Assembly: GCA_031406795.1 (NCBI GenBank)
Contig: JANOHV010000007.1
Location: 48,574 to 112,573, forward strand
DNA from: Candidatus Rokuibacteriota bacterium
GTDB lineage: Bacteria > JAUVQV01 > DATDCY01
Direction: 5' to 3'
Length of the DNA stretch: 64,000 nucleotides
Shown: positions 9,164 to 17,539 of the stretch, in pieces
Layout of the letters: every line of letters begins with the position of its first letter
Numbering within the stretch: position 1 is the stretch's first letter
Program-made: the position numbers and the translations under genes
The notes under the pieces: model-generated
What the model saw: the letters and a program-made list of their open reading frames with translations, nothing else
The model's database searches: none
What the model was told of the DNA's origin: nothing

Positions 9164-9811
9164 TTACTCGAGAAGCCCGCGCTCCCGGGCCTTGAGCACG
9201 GCCTCGGTTCTCGAGCGCGCCTGGAGCTTGCGGTAGATCTTCCCGACGTGGGTGTGGACCGTGTGGGGGCTCAGCGCGAGCTCAGCCGCCAGTTCCTTCT
9301 CGGGCAGGCCGGTGGCGAGCCGGCGCAGCACGTCGCGCTCGCGCGCGGTGAGTGTCGGGCCCGCGGCCGGTCCCTTCCCCTGGCGCAGCTCTTCGACGAC
9401 GCTGCGCGCCACCCGGGCGGAGAGGGGTGAGCCGCCTGCAGCGGCCGTGCGCACCGCGGCGAGAATATCGACCGCGGAGGAGCCCTTGAGCAGGTAGCCG
9501 CTCGCGCCAGCCCGCAGCGCCGCGAGGAGGTGCTCCCGGTCTTCATGCATCGTCAGCACGACGATCTCGACGAGCGGGAAGTACTCCTTGATGGACCTGA
9601 TGACCTCGAGTCCCGGGAGGTCCGGCAATCCGAGGTCGACAAGGGCAACATTCGGCAAGGTGCGCCGCAGCCCGTCGACGGCCTCGCGGCCGGTGGCGTA
9701 GGCCCCGACGACCTCGATCCCCTCCGTCCCGTGGAACAGCGCGGCCAGGTAGTTCAGGGTCGCGCGGTGGTCCTCGACGATCGCGAGCTTCAGGTTGGTC
9801 TGCACTTTCAT
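9164..9811 (-). CDS. NarL/LuxR-family two-component response regulator (REC + LuxR HTH)
   Basis: ORF 9164..9916, trimmed to MKVQTNLKLAIVEDH (ATG 9811). REC motifs (VDLGLPD, phospho-acceptor Asp) and a C-terminal LuxR HTH (LTARERDVLRRLATGLPEKELAAELALSPHTVHTHVGKIYRKL). Confidence 0.85.
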   Translation of the reverse strand: MKVQTNLKLAIVEDHRATLNYLAALFHGTEGIEVVGAYATGREAVDGLRRTLPNVALVDLGLPDLPGLEVIRSIKEYFPLVEIVVLTMHEDREHLLAALRAGASGYLLKGSSAVDILAAVRTAAAGGSPLSARVARSVVEELRQGKGPAAGPTLTARERDVLRRLATGLPEKELAAELALSPHTVHTHVGKIYRKLQARSRTEAVLKARERGLLE

Positions 9812-10146
9812 CGGGCCGCTTCCTCGGGCAAGGGGTGAACGGCTGTTGTCCCGGGGATTAGACGGCAGCGGGCCGCAGCTGTCAACGGCGCTTGATGGAC
9901 GGCCGACCGGGCTCACCCGCCATCGCCTGGTCAGGTGAGGGGCGCTTCACCTGCTGCGTCAGCATGAAAACGACCGTTGCGGCGCGGTCCCGCGGATGCA
10001 CTGCCGTATTTTCATGGGCCTGGCGGTACGCCGCCCGCGGAACGGGCTCGCGTTCTCCATTGCCGTGCTGCAACCGGAGCCGCCGCCCCGGCGTAACGGA
10101 TGCCGTCAGGGTGTCGTGGTCAACCACCAACGGAGGAGTGCCAGGT

Positions 10147-12906
10147 ATGAAGGCTCGTCGAGGTACGCTTCGCACACTCGTCGCTCTCGCGCTGTTCTGT
10201 TCGCTGCTCGTCGGCGGAGGCGGGCTCGCCCGCGCCGACCTGCAGAGTCCGTGGGTCACCGTGCTCTCCGGAAGGGTCCAGGCCGTGGTCACGACCGCGA
10301 GCGCCGCCCCGGGAGCCCCCCGGGTCGTGTTCGCCGGCACCCCCACTGCTACGCTCAGGAGCGAGGACGGCGGGCTGACCTGGACGCAGGTGCTCGCAAC
10401 GTACACGAGTGCCTTGGCCGCCGACCCGGTCAGCGGCGGCGTCGTCTATGCCGCGACGGCGTCGGGCCTGCAGAAAACCGCCGACTACGGCCTGACCTGG
10501 ACGAACCTCAACCCATCGATCAGGACCAGCATCGCCGTGAGCCCCTTCGACGGCCAGGTGCTCTTCGGCGGCAGCTATCGGAGCACCGACGGCGGCGCGA
10601 CGTGGACGGTGATGTCTGGATTGACGTCAGGGTCCTCGACCCCCCATCTCAGTGCATCGCGGGACCCGGCCAACCCCGGGGACCTGCTCTACTTCACCGG
10701 CAGCGTCCACCGCAGCCTGGACAACGGCCTGAGTTGGACGCCGGTGAACGTCGGGTTCAACGAGGACTCGGCCGCGCTGGACCCGACGGACCCCCGCTAC
10801 TATTACGTCGGCGCCTGCGGCGGCACCATCTTCCGCGCGTTCCCCGGCGGGAGTTCGAGCTCTTCGAATATCGGCGGGCACGTCCACGGGATCGTCGTCG
10901 ACCCGGGGTCCCACAACCGGGTGTACGCGGCGCGCGACTCCGGCGGCGTCATGGTCAGCCAGGACTTCGGCGCGACCTGGGCCTCGTCAGGAACCGGCGC
11001 ACCCTCCGGCGTTGTCGAGAACAGGATGTTCTTCGACGCCGACTCCGGGATCATCTACCTGCCGACCTACGGAGGCCTCTCCGTCAAGAACAGCCGCTGC
11101 TCCGACCTCGACCACGACGGCGCCTCCGCCGAGGGCGGGCTCTGCGGCGCGGTCGACTGCAACGATGCCGACGCGGCGCGCAGCCCGTTCAAGAAGGAGA
11201 ACTGTTTCGACGGGATCGACAACAACTGCACGGAGGCGATAGATTTCGCGGACACCTGGTGCGCCACGATGTGCGTGGACGGCGACGGCGACGGGCACTT
11301 CCCGCTGCTCTGCGGCGGCGACGACACCAAGGACGCCGACGCGACGATCTACCCCGGCGCCCCCGAGCTCTGCGACGACAAGGACAACGACGTCGACTTC
11401 GTGGTGGACGAGGGGTGCACGCGCTACACGTACTATCGCGACTCCGACCTCGACGGCTTCGGCAACCCCGATTACACGACCCTTTCCTCCTTCACCACGC
11501 CGCCTGTCGGCTTTCTCGCAGACAATCGGGACTGCAACGACTGGGATCTGAACACGCACCCGGGGGCCGTGGACTTCTGCGGCGATGCGGCCGACAACGA
11601 CTGCGACGGAACGCCGGACAACGGCTGTCCGACGTTCACGTACTTTGCCGACATGGACGGCGACAGTTTCGGCGATCAGAGTCGGGTGGTCGTGACGACC
11701 GTTACCGATCCCCTCGCCGTCGGGGCGAGCCTGAACAATCTCGACTGCAACGACGCGGCGTACTGGGTCAACCCCGACGCCCTCGAGGAGTGCGACTGGG
11801 TCGACAACAACTGCGACGGGGTCGTCGACGAAGTCTGCGGCCACGCGGCCATGCTCTGGGGCGACAACGCCAAGGGACAGGTCGGCGACGGCACCACGAC
11901 GGACCGCAAGTCCCCGGCGTCGCTGGCCGGGCTCTCCCCGCTCGCGGTTGCCGCCGGCAATCAGCACACGCTGGTCGTCAACAACGACGGCACGGTCTGG
12001 GCCTGGGGAGTCAACGGGAGCGGTCAGCTCGGCGACGGGACGACGACGACGAGGAAAAGCCCGATCAAGGTTTCAGGGATCTCCGGCGTCGCCGCGGTCT
12101 CGGCCGGGCTGAACCACAGCCTGGCGCTCAAGGCCGACGGCACGGTCTGGGCCTGGGGCGCCAACGGCAACGGTCAGCTCGGCGACGGCACGACGACCAC
12201 GAGAAAGACGCCCGTCCAGGTCTTCGGCCTCGCTGGCGTCATCGCCGTGTCGGCGGGCAACTACCACAACCTGGCGCTCAAGAGCGACCAGACGGTCTGG
12301 GCCTGGGGCAGCAACGGCGACGGCCGGCTTGGCGACGGCACGGCGACCACGCGGAAGACGCCGATCCAGGTAATCGACACTCTTGCGGGCTTCGAATACG
12401 CAATCGCGGTCGCTGCCGGCGGGGACTTCAGCCTGGCAATCGATCAGTACGGGTCCGTCTGGTCCTGGGGTAGCAACTGCGCCGGGCAGCTCGGTGACGG
12501 CTCCACGGTCACCAGGAAGAGTCCAGTCATGGTACCCGGCCTCTCCAACGTCGCATGGGGCATTGCCGCGGGCGCGAGCCACGGCCTGGCCATGACTGGC
12601 GAAGGCGTGATGGCGTGGGGGTCGAACGCGAAGGGGCAACTCGGCGACGGCACGACGACGACGCGCAAGACGCCCGTGTTGCTGCCGGAGAGCTACAACA
12701 TCTGGGCGATCGCCGCAGGCGGCAGCCACTCCCTGGCGCTGGGTTGGGTCGGCGATGTCATTGAACTGCAGGCCTGGGGGAGCAACGGTGACGGGCAACT
12801 CGGCGACGGCACCACGACGAACCGGAAGACGCCGGTCGTGGTGCCGGGTCAGAGCGACGCGCTCTTCTTCGCGGCCGGCGGGGCGCACAGCGTTACGTTG
12901 AGATAG
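10147..12906 (+). CDS. Large secreted multidomain protein: signal peptide, BNR/Asp-box (SxDxGxTW) beta-propeller, MopE-like Cys-rich putative metal-binding repeats (C.D.D....E.CDG.DNDCDG), then a 7x RCC1-repeat beta-propeller
   Basis: ORF 9892..12906, start set at ATG 10147 (MKARRGTLRTLVALALFCSLLVGGGGLARA signal peptide). BNR motifs SEDGGLTWTQ, TADYGLTWTN, STDGGATWTV, SLDNGLSWTP, SQDFGATWAS. Repeated CNDxDxxxxPxxxExCxDxxDNDCDG units. RCC1 repeats G(S/A)NxxGQLGDGTTTxRKxP x7. Confidence 0.8.
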   Translation: MKARRGTLRTLVALALFCSLLVGGGGLARADLQSPWVTVLSGRVQAVVTTASAAPGAPRVVFAGTPTATLRSEDGGLTWTQVLATYTSALAADPVSGGVVYAATASGLQKTADYGLTWTNLNPSIRTSIAVSPFDGQVLFGGSYRSTDGGATWTVMSGLTSGSSTPHLSASRDPANPGDLLYFTGSVHRSLDNGLSWTPVNVGFNEDSAALDPTDPRYYYVGACGGTIFRAFPGGSSSSSNIGGHVHGIVVDPGSHNRVYAARDSGGVMVSQDFGATWASSGTGAPSGVVENRMFFDADSGIIYLPTYGGLSVKNSRCSDLDHDGASAEGGLCGAVDCNDADAARSPFKKENCFDGIDNNCTEAIDFADTWCATMCVDGDGDGHFPLLCGGDDTKDADATIYPGAPELCDDKDNDVDFVVDEGCTRYTYYRDSDLDGFGNPDYTTLSSFTTPPVGFLADNRDCNDWDLNTHPGAVDFCGDAADNDCDGTPDNGCPTFTYFADMDGDSFGDQSRVVVTTVTDPLAVGASLNNLDCNDAAYWVNPDALEECDWVDNNCDGVVDEVCGHAAMLWGDNAKGQVGDGTTTDRKSPASLAGLSPLAVAAGNQHTLVVNNDGTVWAWGVNGSGQLGDGTTTTRKSPIKVSGISGVAAVSAGLNHSLALKADGTVWAWGANGNGQLGDGTTTTRKTPVQVFGLAGVIAVSAGNYHNLALKSDQTVWAWGSNGDGRLGDGTATTRKTPIQVIDTLAGFEYAIAVAAGGDFSLAIDQYGSVWSWGSNCAGQLGDGSTVTRKSPVMVPGLSNVAWGIAAGASHGLAMTGEGVMAWGSNAKGQLGDGTTTTRKTPVLLPESYNIWAIAAGGSHSLALGWVGDVIELQAWGSNGDGQLGDGTTTNRKTPVVVPGQSDALFFAAGGAHSVTLR

Positions 12907-13031
12907 CGCACCAGAGGATCGGGATTCCCGGCAGGGGCGCCGACCTTCAGTCGCGAGGTCGGCGCCCCTTTCCGGGGAATCCTGTGGGCAATTCTTGACA
13001 ATGACGGGCCGCGTCCGGAGAATCGCCCGGC

Positions 13032-14501
13032 ATGGCAGGCGGGGAGCTCTTTTCGCAGATCTTCTCCCTCTGTCCCGACGCCATCAACGTCAACCGGCTG
13101 CGGGACGGGGTGTTCCTGGCGGTCAACGAGGGCTTCACCCGGCTGACAGGGTACAGCGAGGAGGACGTCCGGGGGAGATCGGCCCTGGACCTGCAGCTCT
13201 GGGTCAATCCCGAAGACCGCAGCCTGCTGCTCGCCCGGCTGCGGTCGGGCGACGAGGTCGCGGATTTCACGACGGAATTCCGGCTCAAGAGCGGTCTGAC
13301 GAAACCCGGCTCCCTCTCCGCGCGGCTGATCGTCGTCGACGGCGAAGAGTGCCTGCTCAGCTACACCCGCGACATCTCCGAGCGGCAGATGGCCGAGGAT
13401 GCGCTGCGGCAGTACCACGAGGCCGCGTTCATGATCGAGAACGCGCCGATGGGGATCTACATCGCCCAGAACGGCCTGCTCGTCTACGGCAACCAGTGGC
13501 TGCGCGAGTTCTGCGGCATCGCAATGTCCGATCTGCCGCGCGACCCCTTGAGCGTGGTCGTCCCCGAAGACCGTGAGCTCGTCCGCGAGCAGATGGTCAA
13601 GAGGATGCGCGGCGAAGAGTCGCTGCCCCAGTACACCGTACGCCTCCCGAGGAAGGACGGCTCCATCGCGCACGTGGAGCTCATCGCCAAGGTGGTGACC
13701 TATCGTGGCCTGCCGGCGATACAGGGTTCCATCGTGGACATCTCGGCGAAGGTCGCCGCCGAGCAGCGGCTCCGCGAATATGCGGCCGAACTCGAAGAGT
13801 CCAACCAGCTCAAACTGCTCTTCAACGACATCCTGAGCCACGACCTTATGGACCCGCTCTGGGTGGCCACCGGCCAGACGGACCTGCTTGCCGATCGGGT
13901 CTCGCCGGAGCACCGGGATGTGCTGCGGTCGATCCAGGCGGCGCTCGCGGAGGCGAGGGAGATCCTCTCCGACGCCCACGCGTTCCTGCGGCTCAGGGAC
14001 GACGAGGGACTCTCCTTCGCGTCGCTGGACCTCTGCGCGCTGCTCCGCGAGGTCGCGGCGGCTTTCGCGCCGGAGATGGCGCAGCAACGGATCGGCGTCG
14101 ATATGCGCGTCCCGCGGGAACTGCAGGTGGAAGCCAGCCCCGTTTTGCGGCAGGCGTTCTCGAACCTGCTCTCCAACGCCCTCAAGTATGGGCCCGCGGG
14201 TTCGGCGGTGATCGTCGAGGCGCAGGAGGGGCCGCCCGTGCGGGTCGTCTTCCGGAACCGGGGCGAGCGCATTCCCCCGGAATTCCGCGAGCGGGTCTTT
14301 CAGCGCTTCGTCCAGGGGGGCAAGCAAGGCATCAAGGGGGTCGGCCTGGGCCTCGCCATCGTGAGGAGAATCGCGGACCTCCACGGGGGGAGAGCCTGGG
14401 TCGAGGACGACCCGGAGGGCGGGTGCGCCTTCTTCTTCGAGTTCCCGCGCCAGCAGCCGGAAACGGTCGGCGAAAAGGGTCAAGAGTCTCCAGCTGGTTG
14501 A
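13032..14501 (+). CDS. PAS-domain sensor histidine kinase (cytoplasmic; 2 PAS + HisKA + HATPase_c)
   Basis: 489 aa. PAS region at the N-terminus, H-box ILSHDLMDPL, and N/G boxes LSNALKYGP...GVGLGLAIVRRIADLHGG. Confidence 0.85.
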   Translation: MAGGELFSQIFSLCPDAINVNRLRDGVFLAVNEGFTRLTGYSEEDVRGRSALDLQLWVNPEDRSLLLARLRSGDEVADFTTEFRLKSGLTKPGSLSARLIVVDGEECLLSYTRDISERQMAEDALRQYHEAAFMIENAPMGIYIAQNGLLVYGNQWLREFCGIAMSDLPRDPLSVVVPEDRELVREQMVKRMRGEESLPQYTVRLPRKDGSIAHVELIAKVVTYRGLPAIQGSIVDISAKVAAEQRLREYAAELEESNQLKLLFNDILSHDLMDPLWVATGQTDLLADRVSPEHRDVLRSIQAALAEAREILSDAHAFLRLRDDEGLSFASLDLCALLREVAAAFAPEMAQQRIGVDMRVPRELQVEASPVLRQAFSNLLSNALKYGPAGSAVIVEAQEGPPVRVVFRNRGERIPPEFRERVFQRFVQGGKQGIKGVGLGLAIVRRIADLHGGRAWVEDDPEGGCAFFFEFPRQQPETVGEKGQESPAG

Positions 14502-14545
14502 ACACGCCCGCCGACTCGGGGATAAGCCGGCGGCGGCCTGCAGAC

Positions 14546-14914
14546 TTACGGGGGAAGTTCCGATTCGTCCAGTCCGAAGTAGTGGCCGAGTTCGTGGATC
14601 ACGGTCGTGCGCACCTCCGCGACCGCCTCCGCGCGCGTCTCGCAGGCCCAGAGGATCGGCAAGCGGTAGATCGCGATGCGGTCGGGGAGCACGGGGGCGT
14701 CGGGGCCGCGCTCGGGCAGCGGCACCCCCTGGTAGAGGCCGAAGAGGTCGTCCTGTTCCGGGTCGAGCCCGAGCGACTCGAGTTCCTCCGCGGTCGGCTC
14801 CTCCTCGACGACGACGGCGACGTTTTCCATCGCGCGTGCGAATTCCTCGGGCAGTTCGGTGAGCGCCTCCTGCACGAGCTCCCGGAATGCGCGGCGGTTG
14901 ATGCGAATCGGCAT
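14546..14914 (-). CDS. Zincin-like metallopeptidase family protein (DUF1025/PF06262)
   Basis: 122 aa, MPIRINRRAFRELVQEALTELPEEF... with a C-terminal HELGHYFG motif. Convergent with the histidine kinase, divergent from ptsP. Confidence 0.7.
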   Translation of the reverse strand: MPIRINRRAFRELVQEALTELPEEFARAMENVAVVVEEEPTAEELESLGLDPEQDDLFGLYQGVPLPERGPDAPVLPDRIAIYRLPILWACETRAEAVAEVRTTVIHELGHYFGLDESELPP

Positions 14915-14934
14915 GATGTCGGTATAATGCCCGC

Positions 14935-17289
14935 ATGCCGCCCAGGAAGAAAGAGCCGCTCGGTGTCGCGACCCTCGAGGACATCGGCCGGCTGATCCTG
15001 CACTCGCACGACCTCGACGAGACGCTGCGCAACGTCGCGGACCTGGTCGCCCGGCGCGCCGGCACCGATGTCTGTTCGATCTACCTGATCGGCGAAGACG
15101 GCGAGACGCTCGTGCTGCGCGCCAGCCACGGGCTGGCGAAGAAGGCGATCGGGAAGGTCAGCATGAAGTCCACCGAGGGGCTGACCGGCCTGGTCGTGCG
15201 CGAGCGGCGCATCGTCGCGGTGCGCGAGCCGCAGCGGCACCCACTCTACCGCTACTTCAAGGAGACGGGCGAGGAGCGCTTTCACAGTTTTTTCGGCGTC
15301 CCGCTGCTCGACCGCGGCGTCCCGGTTGGCGTGCTTGTGCTGCAGACGCGCGAGCCGCGGGATTTCACCGCCGTCGAGACGAGCGCGCTCTCCTCAATCG
15401 CGTACCAGGTGGCCGCGATCGTCGTGAACGCCCGCCTGCTGGACACCGTGCGGCGCACCGAGGACGCCGCGCGCCACTACGCGGGGGAGCTCGAGCGGCT
15501 GCGCCGCGGCGGCGGGGTGGCGCCGGATGCGGGCCGTGGCCCGGGGCGCGAGTTGCTGCTGCGCGGCACCGGGACGAGCCCCGGCTTCGTCATCGGGACG
15601 GCGAACCTGATGGACGAGCAGCTCTCCTCGTCCGAGGCGGCCGTCGTCACGCCGGCCGACCCCACGGGCGAATCGGCCCGTCTGGACAAGGCGCTTGAGG
15701 AGACGCGCATCCAGACAATCCTGCTCGAGCAGCAGGTCGCCGGCCGTCTCGCCGAATCCGACGCCGGTATTTTCCACACGCACCTGATGGTGCTCGAGGA
15801 CCGCGGTTTCCTCGAAAAACTGCAGCGTGAAGTCGCCCGCGGCCACGGCGCGGCGACCGCGGTCAAGGTCGCGGTCGCCGAGTATCTCGAAGCCTTCAGC
15901 CGGATGGAGGACCCCTATCTGCGCGAGCGGGCGGCCGACATCCGCGACATCGGCCGGCGCGTCATCGCGCACCTGGCCGGGCGCGGCACCCCCGACCCGG
16001 CGCTCGCGGCCGAGGGCATTCTCGTCGCCGCCGAGATGCTGCCCTCGGACATGGCGGCCCTCGACCCCGCGCGCGTCCGCGGCATCATCACCGAGCGCGG
16101 CGAGCCGACCTCCCACGCCGCGATCATGGCGCGCTCGCTGGGCATCCCCGCGCTGATGGGGGTCAAGGGCGCGCTGCGTGCCATCAACCAGGGGGACCGG
16201 CTGATTCTCGACGCCAACTCGGGGTGCGTCTACATCAACCCCGGCGAGGTTGTCGCCGCCGAATACCGGCGCCTCGGGGAGGAGCACCGCCGCGAGAGCG
16301 ACCGCCTCGACGGGATGCGCGACCTGCCGGCGGTCAGCCGGGACGGCGTTCGTGTGACGCTTCGTGCGAACATCGGTCTGGTCAGCGACCTGGAAGTCGC
16401 CCTGCGCAACGGCGCCGACGGCGTCGGTCTCTACCGGACGGAATTCCCCTACATGGTGCGCGAGGGCTTTCCCAGCCGCACCGACCAGTATCAGCTCTAC
16501 CGGCGCGTCGTCGAGGGCTTCCGCGGTGCGCCGGTCACGATCCGCACGCTGGATGTCGGGGGCGACAAGCACCTGCCCTACGCGATGGCGGCGCACGAGG
16601 AGAACCCCTTCATGGGGCTGCGCTCGGTGCGGTTCACGCTCGAGAACCCCGAGATCTTCCGCACGCAGATCGAGGCGATCCTGATGGCCGGCGCGCACGG
16701 GCCGGTGCGGATCCTTTTTCCGCTGATCACCAGCCTCGACGAGGTGCGCCGCTGCAAGGCGGTCGTGGCGACCGCGCGCGAGAGTCTGACGCGCGAGGGG
16801 GTGACGTTCGGGCACGAGGTTCCGCTCGGCATCATGATCGAGGTGCCCGCGGCGGTCTGGCAGGCGCCGGCGCTCGCCCTCGAAGTGGACTTTTTTTCGG
16901 TGGGGACGAACGACCTCGTCCAGTACCTGCTGGCAGCCGACCGGACGAACCCTCTGGTCAGCCGCTACTACGACCACCTGCATCCGGCCGTGCTCGCGGC
17001 GCTGCGCCACGTGGCCGAGGCGGCGCAACGCGAAAACTGCGGTCTTTCGATCTGCGGCGAAATGGCCACCGACCCGCGGGCGTTCCTGCTGCTCTTCGGG
17101 CTCGGCTACCGCGAATTCTCGCTGCCGGCGCCCTTCATTCCCCGGATGAAACAGCTGCTCGCGGGGATTTCTTCAGCCGCGGCCGCCGAGACCGCCGCCG
17201 AGTGCCTGCGCCAGGGCGACGCGTCGCGTATCAAGGCGCTGCTCGACGAGGCGCTGCTGAAGGTCCGGCCGGACCAACGAGGATCGTGA
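14935..17289 (+). CDS. ptsP: Phosphoenolpyruvate-protein phosphotransferase PtsP (EI-Ntr: N-terminal GAF domain + PEP-utilizing enzyme I)
   Basis: 784 aa. GAF region (LGVATLEDIGRLILHSHDLDETL...). EI motifs GGRTSHAAIMARSLGIPALMG (active His), ENPFMGLRSVRF and IMIEVPAA. Confidence 0.9.
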   Translation: MPPRKKEPLGVATLEDIGRLILHSHDLDETLRNVADLVARRAGTDVCSIYLIGEDGETLVLRASHGLAKKAIGKVSMKSTEGLTGLVVRERRIVAVREPQRHPLYRYFKETGEERFHSFFGVPLLDRGVPVGVLVLQTREPRDFTAVETSALSSIAYQVAAIVVNARLLDTVRRTEDAARHYAGELERLRRGGGVAPDAGRGPGRELLLRGTGTSPGFVIGTANLMDEQLSSSEAAVVTPADPTGESARLDKALEETRIQTILLEQQVAGRLAESDAGIFHTHLMVLEDRGFLEKLQREVARGHGAATAVKVAVAEYLEAFSRMEDPYLRERAADIRDIGRRVIAHLAGRGTPDPALAAEGILVAAEMLPSDMAALDPARVRGIITERGEPTSHAAIMARSLGIPALMGVKGALRAINQGDRLILDANSGCVYINPGEVVAAEYRRLGEEHRRESDRLDGMRDLPAVSRDGVRVTLRANIGLVSDLEVALRNGADGVGLYRTEFPYMVREGFPSRTDQYQLYRRVVEGFRGAPVTIRTLDVGGDKHLPYAMAAHEENPFMGLRSVRFTLENPEIFRTQIEAILMAGAHGPVRILFPLITSLDEVRRCKAVVATARESLTREGVTFGHEVPLGIMIEVPAAVWQAPALALEVDFFSVGTNDLVQYLLAADRTNPLVSRYYDHLHPAVLAALRHVAEAAQRENCGLSICGEMATDPRAFLLLFGLGYREFSLPAPFIPRMKQLLAGISSAAAAETAAECLRQGDASRIKALLDEALLKVRPDQRGS

Positions 17290-17410
17290 TCCGACTCGCG
17301 CGGGCCGGCGCACCTCTGACACGCACGGGAGGGGGTGAACCCCTCCCCTACACACGGGATGCTTCTTCCATTGCGGGGCGGAATATCACCCCCCACGGAA
17401 TTCGATCTCT

Positions 17411-17488
17411 GTCGTAGGGGCGGGATTCATTCCCGCCTGAGTAAGGAAATGACCGTCTGTGGTAGTGGCGGGATTCATTCCCGCCTGA
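17411..17488. repeat. Two tandem copies of a REP-like hairpin element, GTCGTAGGGGCGGGATTCATTCCCGCCTGA (17411-17440) and GTGGCGGGATTCATTCCCGCCTGA (17465-17488)
   Basis: Seen directly in the convergent ptsP / cytochrome intergenic region. Related copies occur at 39815-39844 and 41224-41253. Confidence 0.7.
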
Positions 17489-17499
17489 ATCAGATGAAA

Positions 17500-17531
17500 G
17501 CCGGCGGGGAAGGACATCCTCCCCCGCCGGC
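17500..17531. terminator. GC-rich hairpin GCCGGCGGGGA-N10-TCCCCCGCCGGC between convergent ptsP and the cytochrome gene; probable terminator
   Basis: Perfect 11-bp stem seen directly. A U-rich tract follows on the minus strand (CUUUCAUCU). Confidence 0.5.
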
Positions 17532-17539
17532 GATTCCCT

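Noticed and set aside
9996-12473. 825-aa ORF in an alternative frame of the BNR/MopE/RCC1 gene, plus minus-strand ORFs 10987..11967 and 12073..12888
   Set aside because: Frame-overlap artefacts; the annotated frame carries the clear BNR, Cys-repeat and RCC1 motifs.
14923-14928. TATAAT hexamer 7 bp upstream of the ptsP ATG as its -10 box
   Set aside because: Too close to the start codon unless the mRNA is leaderless; no -35 support. Not annotated.
12849-15065. 738-aa ORF on the minus strand
   Set aside because: It lies antisense to the PAS histidine kinase, the metallopeptidase and the start of ptsP. Low-complexity Arg/Ala/Pro/Gly composition typical of GC-driven open frames; no recognisable domain.
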